DNA of 64,000 nt from Tidjanibacter sp. (GTDB lineage Bacteria > Bacteroidota > Bacteroidia > Bacteroidales > Rikenellaceae), in the NCBI GenBank assembly GCA_045132795.1, contig JBGUSZ010000094.1, positions 2,338 to 66,337 of the forward strand, in the 5' to 3' direction. The notes under the pieces are model-generated. The model saw only the letters and a program-made list of their open reading frames with translations, was not told where the DNA came from and did not search any database. How positions within the stretch are numbered: the stretch's first letter is position 1; each line of letters starts with the position of its first letter. This document shows, piece after piece, positions 54,706 through 63,560 of the stretch. The position numbers and the translations under genes were made by a program.

Positions 54706-56877
54706 TTATCTGCCTGTAACACTACCGACAGCACCCCTCATACTACCCATACCTGCGCCGAAGCCACCCAAGCCTCCGCCATTCTGACTCTCTTGCTCTC
54801 GTTTGAGGGCCTCCAAGCGCTTCTTCTCCCTCTCTTCGAGTATCTTTTTGAGCCTTGCCGCCTCGGTTTTACGCAGCTGTTCGTTGACGCTCTCAAAGGT
54901 GATGGGGGCAAAGATGGTGTTCATGTTGGCATTAATCTCTACCTCCCAGTTGGCCTTTACACTCATAATCTCCTCGCCCTTCTCATCCACATAGGGCTCC
55001 GTGCGCTCGGGTTGCCTGCGCTCAATGAGGTTGCCGGTGTCCCACACGCCGTTGTTGTTCTTGTCCTCCAACACACCAACTCTCACATCGCCGGGTTTTA
55101 CGTAGTTGAATCGGTGAGCTCCACTCTTTGCACCCCTTATCTCGTCAATCACTTTACCGTTGGAATCTTTCAAGTAGAGCACATAGGTATCATCGGGGGT
55201 TTTGCCCGCCACGTTGACAATCACACTGCCGAACTCCTCGGGATTGAGGGTTTTGAACTCGTTTTTCAAGGTGTCGTTCTGTTGGCCTGCCACGTTGTGG
55301 AACACGCCCGCAGGTATCATGAGCTTATATTTCGTTGCGGGCTTCCACTCTGCACGTAGATGCCACATCTTCATGTCGGTTGTGTCTTGCTCCAACCGAT
55401 ACTCCACCTTGGGCATTGCTGCCTCTGCTGCCGCTTCTGCCTCTGCTGCCGCATCCCTCTCTTGTTGGTTTTTGGGCTTGGGTTTATTTTCGGCTTCCTC
55501 CTCGGCTTTTTTATCCACTGCGCCGGCCATCAAAAGTTCAATGGCAGCGGTGTCAATCTGTGTGAGAGGCATTGCAAATTTGAGTGTGATGGTCTTCTCC
55601 GGATTGAGGTCGCCTTTGAAGAGGTCCACCTTGAATGGGTTTGGTTTAACTGGTGGCACATACTCCACACTATCTTTGAGCGCCTTTTCCATCTTCTTTT
55701 CCTCCTCTTCGCGAGCCTTCTTCTCCTCCTTGCTCTCGAAGTATTTCCAGAAGAGTTCCAACTTGGCTGTGTCGGGCACGAGGTTGTTTACCGAGTCGTG
55801 TTTCATATAGACCACTCGGCCCCTCAGGGTGTCGCCCAATCGTTCCGAGGGCACATTGAGCCAGTAGTTTACCGTGTCCCTATCTTTGGTTACATACTCC
55901 GTGACAATCTCCTCGGATGCAATGCTGTCAATCGAAAAGTCAAGAACCTCGGGGTAAGGGGCGCCAAAGAAGAGAGTAATCTTGTGTTGCTCATCGCGCT
56001 TCGATTCCGAGAGGTTTTGACGTTTGAACCTTCCGTCCGTAAACATCTTGAAGTAGAGCTGCGGATTGGCCGTCAGGTAGTGGCGGGTGGTATCATACCA
56101 CACCTGGAAGTCGGGGCCTGTCAAGGGATTGTAAACCGAGTCTTGAAAACCCACCATATCGGTTTCGGGGTCGTAGGTGAAGTTGTTGTTCTTATCCTCG
56201 ATAGCGTAAATCTTGTAGTCAATGGGTTTGAGGTTTTGGGCGATGAAGATACCATTATTCGCCGCCCTTGCCACAGCAACCGGCTTGTATTTGAGCAATA
56301 GGGAGTCGTACTCGGGAATGGAGTCGGCCTCGGCAGGGTAGAAGAAGATGAGCGATTTGCTCACACTATCGCCCTTACTTGCACTTACAGTGTAGCCACT
56401 CATCACCATGGAGTCAATCCTATCACCTGTGGAAAAGACATAGCGGAGATCGCTCAATACGTTGCCCTCGTTGTTGTCAACGATACTATTACCAAAGTTG
56501 AGCGCATAGGTCTGATTCTCTTCCAGCGTATCGAGGATAGTGATACGTATACCCTTACCACTTGTGGTAATCGTTGGGTTGCGCTTCATCATCGGCGAGG
56601 TAAAAAACTCCTTCTGCTGGTCTTTGATGACCACATACTCGTTGAAACCGATGTAGATTTCCTTGCCTTTGAAATTGGTGGCACCAAAACCGGGAGCTGC
56701 GCTCACAATGATTGGGGGTAAGGAGTCCTTGGGGCCACCCTGGGGCGAAGAGATGTTGGCACAACGCCATAAGAAGGCACTTGCGAACATCACAAGGACA
56801 CCCGCACGTAACCACCTCTTAACCATCAACCCTCCGTTTGTCATACTCTCCCTGTTGTGTTCCAAACCTCTACTCAT
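54706..56877 (-). CDS. Ig-like (SbsA/Big_5-type) domain protein with charged low-complexity inserts
   Basis: The N-terminal block SSPQGGPKDSLPPIIVSAAPGFGATNF is typical of this conserved Bacteroidetes family. The ATG at 56877 overlaps the folK stop by 8 nt (ATGAGTAG). Alternative ATGs lie at 56844 and 56826 (MVKRWLRAGVLVMFASAFLWRC). Confidence 0.7.
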   Translation of the reverse strand: MSRGLEHNRESMTNGGLMVKRWLRAGVLVMFASAFLWRCANISSPQGGPKDSLPPIIVSAAPGFGATNFKGKEIYIGFNEYVVIKDQQKEFFTSPMMKRNPTITTSGKGIRITILDTLEENQTYALNFGNSIVDNNEGNVLSDLRYVFSTGDRIDSMVMSGYTVSASKGDSVSKSLIFFYPAEADSIPEYDSLLLKYKPVAVARAANNGIFIAQNLKPIDYKIYAIEDKNNNFTYDPETDMVGFQDSVYNPLTGPDFQVWYDTTRHYLTANPQLYFKMFTDGRFKRQNLSESKRDEQHKITLFFGAPYPEVLDFSIDSIASEEIVTEYVTKDRDTVNYWLNVPSERLGDTLRGRVVYMKHDSVNNLVPDTAKLELFWKYFESKEEKKAREEEEKKMEKALKDSVEYVPPVKPNPFKVDLFKGDLNPEKTITLKFAMPLTQIDTAAIELLMAGAVDKKAEEEAENKPKPKNQQERDAAAEAEAAAEAAMPKVEYRLEQDTTDMKMWHLRAEWKPATKYKLMIPAGVFHNVAGQQNDTLKNEFKTLNPEEFGSVIVNVAGKTPDDTYVLYLKDSNGKVIDEIRGAKSGAHRFNYVKPGDVRVGVLEDKNNNGVWDTGNLIERRQPERTEPYVDEKGEEIMSVKANWEVEINANMNTIFAPITFESVNEQLRKTEAARLKKILEEREKKRLEALKREQESQNGGGLGGFGAGMGSMRGAVGSVTGR

Positions 56878-57370
56878 TGTCGTTCTGCTCCATCTCCTCG
56901 AAGAGGGTGTGCACGGTTTTGTTCAACACGGGGTGAATCTTGTCGGGGGCCACCTCGTTCAGCGGACGTAGCACAAAATCCCTATCCTGAATGAGAGGGT
57001 GGGGAATGGTCAGTCTTGGAGTCTCCATCACGAGGTCATCGTAGAAGAGGATGTCGATATCGATAGCCCTCGGAGCAAACCTCTCGCCCGTTTGGGCCTT
57101 TACGGCAGCCTCCTCCTCTCGATTACGACCGAGCTTCAACTCTATCTCCAACACCTTGTCGAGCAACTCCTCGGGGGAGAAGTCGGTATCGACAATGATA
57201 GCCTGATTATAAAAATTCTCTGCCGAGGTAAAGCCCCACGCTTTGCTCTCGTAGCTGTGCGAACAACGCATAATAACTCCGAGCGAGAAGTTGATCTCCT
57301 GCTGTGCACGGCGCAAAGTATCCTTCACGTCGCCCACGTTGCCTCCGGTCATCAAAATAGCTTTTGCCAT
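56870..57370 (-). CDS. folK: 6-hydroxymethyldihydropterin pyrophosphokinase
   Basis: 166 aa. AILMTGGNVGD, PRAIDIDILFYD and LTIPHP blocks. Confidence 0.92.
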   Translation of the reverse strand: MAKAILMTGGNVGDVKDTLRRAQQEINFSLGVIMRCSHSYESKAWGFTSAENFYNQAIIVDTDFSPEELLDKVLEIELKLGRNREEEAAVKAQTGERFAPRAIDIDILFYDDLVMETPRLTIPHPLIQDRDFVLRPLNEVAPDKIHPVLNKTVHTLFEEMEQNDNE

Positions 57371-57447
57371 AGTGTTATAGTGGTCTTAGTTTTGAACAAA
57401 TATTATGTTGTTGTGTTGTTGCTTGTTGTGCTGTTTTCTACACTCCT

Positions 57448-58590
57448 CTATCCTCGCATTGCAATCAACTTGCTCATTGCCAGGGCAAAGTGGGTAAATA
57501 CGATTTTGGCGTTACCATTTTGGCCCACATCCCTGAGGGCTCTTTCGATTTCCGCCACAATGGCCTCCACGTTGTGGTTTGCCACAAAGGGTGCAAATTT
57601 CGAGCAAAAAGCTTTCTCGTCGCCCCAAAGATAGCTCACGCTCTCCATTCCGGCCGTGAGCATATAGCTCTCCCTGATGAGGCGCAGCGAGTATTCCAAA
57701 AAACTCTTTTGGTTCTCTCGGCCCATTGCAGCCACTTGTTCGGCCCACTCGAAGAGGTCGAGGTGCTTGTTACTATACGACAGCCTCATAAGGCGAGTGA
57801 AGAGTTCAAAGTTGTCAGCGGCACTGCCATCACTCCCCTCGGCCACAACCCTACGCAGGGTCAGAAGTGAGCCGTCGGCCAGCCTTGAAGCCACCTCGGC
57901 TTGCTCTTCGGTTGCGCCAAGTGAGCGTGTGGCATAGCTGCGGAGAGCTTCCTGTTCAATGCGGCCCACGTTGACACTCTGGCAGCGCGAAATGATGGTG
58001 TCGAGGAGCGTTTCGGGGTGTTCGCTAATGAGGATAAACACCGTGTTCTCCCACGGCTCCTCCAATATTTTCAGCAGTGCATTGGTGCAGTTGGGGTGCA
58101 TCTTTTCGGGTGCCCAGATAATCACGCTCTTCCATTTTCCCTCAAAAGCTTTGTAGGAGAGTTTGCGGATAATCTCGTCGGCCTCCTTTGCGGTAATCAG
58201 ACCTTGTGCGTTGTCGGCGCCTATGGCCTCATACCAAGCGTGCTCGTCGAAGCAGGCATCGTTCTCGCCAACCACCTCCCTCCACTGCTCGATGTAGAGG
58301 TCGCTGGTTGGGGGTGTTGAGGAGCCTTTGGGCTTGATTGTGGGATAGACAAAGTGAACGTCGGGGTGGGTGAGCGACTGCATCTGCACACACGATGGGC
58401 ACACGCCACAAGGTTCGCCATTTGTGCGATTGGGGCAGTGGAGATACTGCACATAGGCCAGAGCGAGTTGAAGCGTACCCCACCCGTGGTTGCCCACAAA
58501 GAGTTGTGCGTGGCTCACTCGTCCCTCGTCAATGTTCGTGCGAAGGCGTTCTTTAAGCTGCTCGTGTCCTGTAACTTGTGCGAATTTCAT
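57448..58590 (-). CDS. holB: DNA polymerase III subunit delta'
   Basis: 380 aa. SHAQLFVG, a zinc module CGVCPSCVQM, and ALLKILEEP. Confidence 0.88.
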   Translation of the reverse strand: MKFAQVTGHEQLKERLRTNIDEGRVSHAQLFVGNHGWGTLQLALAYVQYLHCPNRTNGEPCGVCPSCVQMQSLTHPDVHFVYPTIKPKGSSTPPTSDLYIEQWREVVGENDACFDEHAWYEAIGADNAQGLITAKEADEIIRKLSYKAFEGKWKSVIIWAPEKMHPNCTNALLKILEEPWENTVFILISEHPETLLDTIISRCQSVNVGRIEQEALRSYATRSLGATEEQAEVASRLADGSLLTLRRVVAEGSDGSAADNFELFTRLMRLSYSNKHLDLFEWAEQVAAMGRENQKSFLEYSLRLIRESYMLTAGMESVSYLWGDEKAFCSKFAPFVANHNVEAIVAEIERALRDVGQNGNAKIVFTHFALAMSKLIAMRG

Positions 58591-58661
58591 CTCTGCATTT
58601 GCTTGTTTGTGGTGGCCCTATGGGAGAGTGCCTATACCCTTTTAGGGTATATCCCAAAATG

Positions 58662-58669
58662 CAAAGATA
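58662..58669 (-). promoter_or_regulatory. Candidate -7 box TATCTTTG for holB
   Basis: Plus strand caaagata. It lies 72 nt upstream of the ATG at 58590. An 8-bp palindrome TATACCCT/AGGGTATA (58633-58651) lies in the leader. Confidence 0.35.
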
Positions 58670-58678
58670 CTCAATAAA

Positions 58679-58706
58679 TTGAAAATTGAAAATTGAAAGT
58701 TGAAAA
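58679..58706. repeat. Four tandem heptads TTGAAAA/TTGAAAA/TTGAAAG/TTGAAAA
   Basis: Read directly. The array sits between the dut terminator and the candidate holB -7 box. Confidence 0.9.
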
Positions 58707-58725
58707 TTAAGGGTTGGTCGAAAAC

Positions 58726-58765
58726 AAAAACTCTCGGGTGTCATTTTTGTTACCCGAGAGTTTTT
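58726..58765 (-). terminator. Intrinsic terminator after dut (symmetric A/T flanks)
   Basis: AAAAACTCTCGGGT ... ACCCGAGAGTTTTT, a 14-bp stem that includes the A/T runs, with a 12-nt loop. Confidence 0.75.
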
Positions 58766-58798
58766 GTGATTGGTTGGTTGACGGTCGATGGTTGTCGG

Positions 58799-59230
58799 CT
58801 ATTTACCCGTACTGCCGAAGCCGCCTGCGCCACGGGTGGTGTCGCTCAACTCCTCCGCCTGCTCCCACTCAACCTGTTCGTGGCGTGCCACCACGAGTTG
58901 CGCAATGCGCTCGCCATCGTTGATGGTGAACTCCTCGCCCGAAAGGTTTGCAAGGATAACCTTCACCTCGCCACGGTAGTCGGCATCAATGGTGCCGGGG
59001 GCGTTGAGTACGGTGAGTCCAAACTTGGCAGCCAGACCACTGCGAGGCCTAACCTGCATCTCGAAGCCTGCGGGTAGTTCCACGAACAAGCCCGTGGGGA
59101 CGAGCGCTCGTGCGAGGGGTTTGAGAACGATGGGCTCGGAGAGGTTGGCTCTAATATCCATACCGGCCGAGAGGGCTGTTTCATAGCGTGGCAGGTCGTG
59201 CTTGGAACGGTTGATAACTTTCACTTTCAT
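58799..59230 (-). CDS. dut: dUTP diphosphatase
   Basis: 143 aa. [27 protein letters not shown] and a C-terminal [10 protein letters not shown]. Confidence 0.95.
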   Translation of the reverse strand: MKVKVINRSKHDLPRYETALSAGMDIRANLSEPIVLKPLARALVPTGLFVELPAGFEMQVRPRSGLAAKFGLTVLNAPGTIDADYRGEVKVILANLSGEEFTINDGERIAQLVVARHEQVEWEQAEELSDTTRGAGGFGSTGK

Positions 59231-59251
59231 AGTTTATGGTCTTTTTTGTTG

Positions 59252-60718
59252 CTATTTTCTCTTCAAAATGGCCTTCAACATACCCCCGATGTTGATTCTC
59301 TCACGGCGGATGGCATAGAGGACAAATAAAATGAGTAGTATGCTGTTAATAAGTAGTTTAACAATTCCCGTGCTGTCGCCACACAAGAGCGATATACCAT
59401 ACACTCCGCCACCGATAACGACATATTCGGCAATGCGTTTCAAATCGTAAGGTATGGGGTAGTGCTTCTGTCCGAGGCGGTAGCTGACAAGAACCATCGC
59501 AACCTCACACAAAAGCCTTGCAACGGCTGCGCCCATATAGCCCAATGTGGGCACCAACAAGATGTTGAACACAACCGTAAAGAGAAGGCCCACACCCGTG
59601 ATGAGAATGGCATAGGTGGTGGCTCCAAGTTGCTTGTACCAAAACGAGAGGTTGAGCACAATGCCAGAGAGGGCGTTGCTTATCAAAACCACGGGAAGAA
59701 TGTACATACCTTCCCTGAAATCAGGGCCTACGATGAGTGCAAATAGGTCGCTGAATAGTGTGATAAACAAGAAGATAAAGACACTAACCAGCACGAAATA
59801 TTTCATTGCCGCAGCGTTGCTCTCCTTGAACTCCTCCTTCTTGAATTCGGCCAAAAAGAATGGCTCGGCAGCCAGGCGGTACATCTGTGTAAAGAGCAAC
59901 ATCACCACCCCGATTTTCACCACTGCACCATAGATTCCGAGTGCAGCAAGGCTCTCCTCGGCAGGCATCAGGAACTTAATCATCTGGCGGTCTATGAACT
60001 CGTTTGCCGTGCCAGCAATGCCACTAATGAGAAGTGGCAGCGAGTAGAGGAAGATGGTTTTAAGGGTGCGTCCGTGGATGTGCGAATGGGCCCCTTTACA
60101 CGACACAAGTAACAAAATGAAAGTCAAACCGCTTGCCACAAGGTTGGCCACAAAGGCATAGCCTGGGTCAGTGGCGGTGGAAAACATCCTACACCACTCT
60201 GGTTGGCCGTTGTAGAACCACAAACAGAGTCCTATGTTGACGATTACAGATAGTAACCTTATGCTCACATATCGCCCTGCACGTCCCTCTTGTCGCAGGC
60301 GAGCAAAGGGTATTGCTCCGGCCACATCGAGAAAGATAATCAGGGCCGTAATCCACACATAATCTTGCCCCGCATAGCCGAGCGTGGCAGAAATTGGGGC
60401 TTCGAAAAGCAGTACGATACCCAAGAAAACGGAGGCCACAAGCGTTACAATGCCCCACGTTGTGCCATAAACTCTCCTTCTCTCCTCCTCGTCCGCAGCC
60501 TTGGCCGCAAAGCGGAAATAGCCACTCTCCATTCCCATAGTCAGCACAACAAGAGCAAAAGGTATGAGGGCGTAGATGTCGGTGATGACACCATACTCGG
60601 CAGGCGACATAATGCGTGTATAATATGGCACAAGCAGGTAGTTCAGTAGTCGTGCAACGACGCTACTGATGCCATATATTGCCACTTGGCCTGCGAGTTT
60701 GGAGAGGTTTTTTCCCAT
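59252..60718 (-). CDS. Wzx/MOP-superfamily oligosaccharide flippase-like protein
   Basis: 488 aa with about 12-14 TM segments. The N-terminus LAGQVAIYGISSVVARLLNYLLVPYYTR is typical of polysaccharide-biosynthesis flippases. Confidence 0.82.
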   Translation of the reverse strand: MGKNLSKLAGQVAIYGISSVVARLLNYLLVPYYTRIMSPAEYGVITDIYALIPFALVVLTMGMESGYFRFAAKAADEEERRRVYGTTWGIVTLVASVFLGIVLLFEAPISATLGYAGQDYVWITALIIFLDVAGAIPFARLRQEGRAGRYVSIRLLSVIVNIGLCLWFYNGQPEWCRMFSTATDPGYAFVANLVASGLTFILLLVSCKGAHSHIHGRTLKTIFLYSLPLLISGIAGTANEFIDRQMIKFLMPAEESLAALGIYGAVVKIGVVMLLFTQMYRLAAEPFFLAEFKKEEFKESNAAAMKYFVLVSVFIFLFITLFSDLFALIVGPDFREGMYILPVVLISNALSGIVLNLSFWYKQLGATTYAILITGVGLLFTVVFNILLVPTLGYMGAAVARLLCEVAMVLVSYRLGQKHYPIPYDLKRIAEYVVIGGGVYGISLLCGDSTGIVKLLINSILLILFVLYAIRRERINIGGMLKAILKRK

Positions 60719-60739
60719 AGGTTTTTTGTTTTCGGGCCA

Positions 60740-61756
60740 CTATTTTCTTCCTGCCTCACCGGAGAGGAGGCCACAGGCGGCTTTTATGTCTTCGCCACGT
60801 GAGGCTCGTATGGTGGTGTGTATACCCTTGCGGGTGAGCGAATCGCGGAACCACAACATCTTGTCGTTGTCGGGACTCACAAATGGCGAGTCGGGGATGG
60901 CGTGGAAGCGAATGAGGTTGATGCGGCATTTGAGTCCGTCGAGAAGGCGGGCCAACTCTTTGATGTGTTCGGGTGTGTCGTTGGTGTTTTTCAACACGAT
61001 ATACTCGAAACTAACCCTGCGCTGGTGGCTGAAATCATATTGTTTCAGTAGAGCAACAACTTCCCTAATGGGAAAAGCCTTTTCCACGGGCATAATATCC
61101 CTTCTCTGGTCGCTGAATGGGTTGTGCAACGACACGGCAAGGTGGCATTGCGACTCGTCAAGGAATCGTTTGAGGTTGGGAATAACACCAACAGTGGAGA
61201 GTGTGATGCGTGTGGGGCTCCACCCAAAACCCCACGCCGAGGTCATTACCTCCAATGCCCTCAACACATTGTCGGGGTTATCCAGCGGCTCGCCCATACC
61301 CATCAGCACGATGTTGGTCAGGCTATCCCTCTCGGGTAGAGAGCATATCTGGTTGAGGATTTCGGCTGTGGAGAGTTGTCCGTGGTAGCCACCTCGCCCC
61401 GTAAAACAGAACTTACACCCCATCTTACATCCCGCTTGGGAGGAGATACAGAGGGTTGCACGGTCGCCATCAGGGATGTAGGCACTCTCGATGCGTTGTC
61501 CACTCTCGACCACAAAGATATATTTCTTTGTGCCATCCGCACTCTCGGCCACACTCACCGGTGCACTCAACCCCAGCGAGTATCGCTCGGCAAGGGCCTT
61601 GCGCCCTGCGAGGGATATGTTGGTCATCTGGTCGAAAGAGGTTGCTCCCTTTTTGTAGAGCCACTCGGCAAGTTGTGTGGCGGCAAATTTGGGCAACCCC
61701 ACACTTGCGGCCACTTCTCGCAACTCCGCTATATTTTTACCCAACAGACTTTCCAT
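60740..61756 (-). CDS. rlmN: 23S rRNA/tRNA adenine-C2 methyltransferase RlmN (radical SAM)
   Basis: 338 aa. Radical-SAM cluster CKMGCKFC, MGMGEPLDN, and a C-terminal GEDIKAACGLL. Confidence 0.95.
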   Translation of the reverse strand: MESLLGKNIAELREVAASVGLPKFAATQLAEWLYKKGATSFDQMTNISLAGRKALAERYSLGLSAPVSVAESADGTKKYIFVVESGQRIESAYIPDGDRATLCISSQAGCKMGCKFCFTGRGGYHGQLSTAEILNQICSLPERDSLTNIVLMGMGEPLDNPDNVLRALEVMTSAWGFGWSPTRITLSTVGVIPNLKRFLDESQCHLAVSLHNPFSDQRRDIMPVEKAFPIREVVALLKQYDFSHQRRVSFEYIVLKNTNDTPEHIKELARLLDGLKCRINLIRFHAIPDSPFVSPDNDKMLWFRDSLTRKGIHTTIRASRGEDIKAACGLLSGEAGRK

Positions 61757-61788
61757 AGTACAAATATATGGATAATAATCGAATTAGC

Positions 61789-62472
61789 CTACCAAACGAG
61801 TGGCACAATGTGCCAGCGCACCCTCTTGCAGTAGTCGGCATAGCCCTCCAACTCCTTTGTGAGTAGTTTTTCTTCGTCAAGTGCACGCACCACAATCACA
61901 GGTACATAGCCCACGAATGGCACCGCGGCCCACCACGATCCTAGCACCAAAGGCATCGCAAGAAACATCAGCAGAGTGGCTAGGTACATCGGGTGGCGCA
62001 CAACGCCATAGAGCCCTTTGTCGATGACTTTTTGCCCTTCACTAACCTCAATGGTGCGTGAGAGCCACACGTTCTCCCTCATAACCTCGGCATAGAGCAG
62101 GTAGCCCACAATAAAGACTCCACACGCAATCCCGATGGTTGTTTGCGAAACATTGCTCCACCCAAAGCGGAAGTCCAGTCCTGCAACCACAAAACCCACA
62201 ACAAAGAGTAGGCCCGAGAGTCGCACCACACCACTCTGGGTTGTACGCACCTCTTTCGATTTGAGCCTGCGAGCCAGCAGGTCGGGCGAGAGGATGAGTG
62301 CTGCGAGGCCGAAGATAATCATCGGTATAAACAGCACTGCCAACAATCTCCACGCACCAACGTAGCCCAACGAGCCTGCCGGAGCAAACAATAGTGCGGC
62401 AACGGCAACAACTCCGACAAGAAATTTTGTCAGAGCACTCACTGCAAGTGAGCCCTTTTGTGTGGTTTTCAT
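61789..62472 (-). CDS. Isoprenylcysteine carboxyl methyltransferase (ICMT)-family membrane methyltransferase
   Basis: 227 aa and polytopic. GLYGVVRHPMYLATLLMF block. Confidence 0.78.
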   Translation of the reverse strand: MKTTQKGSLAVSALTKFLVGVVAVAALLFAPAGSLGYVGAWRLLAVLFIPMIIFGLAALILSPDLLARRLKSKEVRTTQSGVVRLSGLLFVVGFVVAGLDFRFGWSNVSQTTIGIACGVFIVGYLLYAEVMRENVWLSRTIEVSEGQKVIDKGLYGVVRHPMYLATLLMFLAMPLVLGSWWAAVPFVGYVPVIVVRALDEEKLLTKELEGYADYCKRVRWHIVPLVW

Positions 62473-62485
62473 TACAGAGGGTGTG

Positions 62486-63454
62486 TTATTGTAGTTTGAT
62501 TTCGTCGAGGCTTACAAGGTGGTTTGCAATGGCATAGATTGTAAGTCCCGCAGGGGTGTGTATCTGCAATTTGCTGGTGATGTTGCGACGGTGGGTGGTA
62601 ACGGTGTGGACCGAAAGACACAATTTGTCGGCTATCTCCTTGCTGGTCATACCCTTGGCCACACACGCAACAATCTCTTTTTCACGCTGTGAGAGCTGTT
62701 CGGAGGGGTTGTCTATGTCGTCTGTTGCCATTTCGCAATAGTTGGCCCCCTGTTGTCGTACGTCCTCTTCCATCTTCTTCACTGCGGGGATGAAAATCTT
62801 GTCCTCCACGGCACAATGGAGCGCAAGGTCGTTCTCGCAGTTGATGATGTCGAACAACACCGAGTGGAGCGAATAGCCATTGGTCTCTTGCGGATAGTAT
62901 CGGATGATTACGTTTTTCAGGTCGGAGAGTTTGTCTTCGAGGCGAGAGTCGCGGTTGGAGTGCATCTCTGCAAAGGTTTCGATGGTGTACTCACGATTAA
63001 GATAGCCCTTCATTAGCGAGTCGGCATAGGTGAAAACCGTTGAGTTTTCGTGTCCCATATGCTCCCTAACTTCGGTTACGAAGTTGTCGTAAAACTTCAA
63101 AATTAGCAGTGCCACCTCGTCCTTGCCTGAGCAGTCAATAGCCTCGATAATCTTGCGACGGATGGCGGGCAGGTTGAACTCCAAAAACCAGGTGTGGGCA
63201 CGGCGAAGGTAGTTTATCAATGCCGAGAGCGAGATTTCGCCATCGTCGGTAGTGCGGTGGCACACATAGTTGGCTACGGCAAGAAAGGTTGCCGTGTCAA
63301 CTCCCTGTGTTGCACACACTTCGCCCACCGACTTGTCGCCAAATCCGAGTGGAATACCAAAGCGGCTCAGAACAAATAGGATGTTGCCATTGTCGTCGAT
63401 AACCTCCCTCATCATATCGGAGGCGTGGTATTTTGTGCGGGCGATGCGTGTCAT
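62486..63454 (-). CDS. LuxR-type HTH regulator with RIC/ScdA-like N-terminus and hemerythrin-like domain
   Basis: Start at ATG 63454 (MTRIARTKYHASDMM). ScdA_N-like FVLSRFGIPLGFGDKSVGEVCATQGVD. His/Glu blocks RRAHTWFLE, VREHMGHENSTVF and LHCAVEDKIFIPA. C-terminal LuxR HTH SQREKEIVACVAKGMTSKEIADKLCLSVHTVTTHRRNI. Confidence 0.78.
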   Translation of the reverse strand: MTRIARTKYHASDMMREVIDDNGNILFVLSRFGIPLGFGDKSVGEVCATQGVDTATFLAVANYVCHRTTDDGEISLSALINYLRRAHTWFLEFNLPAIRRKIIEAIDCSGKDEVALLILKFYDNFVTEVREHMGHENSTVFTYADSLMKGYLNREYTIETFAEMHSNRDSRLEDKLSDLKNVIIRYYPQETNGYSLHSVLFDIINCENDLALHCAVEDKIFIPAVKKMEEDVRQQGANYCEMATDDIDNPSEQLSQREKEIVACVAKGMTSKEIADKLCLSVHTVTTHRRNITSKLQIHTPAGLTIYAIANHLVSLDEIKLQ

Positions 63455-63560
63455 TGGGTCGGAGTTTGTGTTTTTTTTGTTGGCACAAAGGTAGTGTGTT
63501 TTTTGATGACAGAAATACCAATTCATTGGTATTTTTGCCACGCCCCCACTTCTTTATGCC

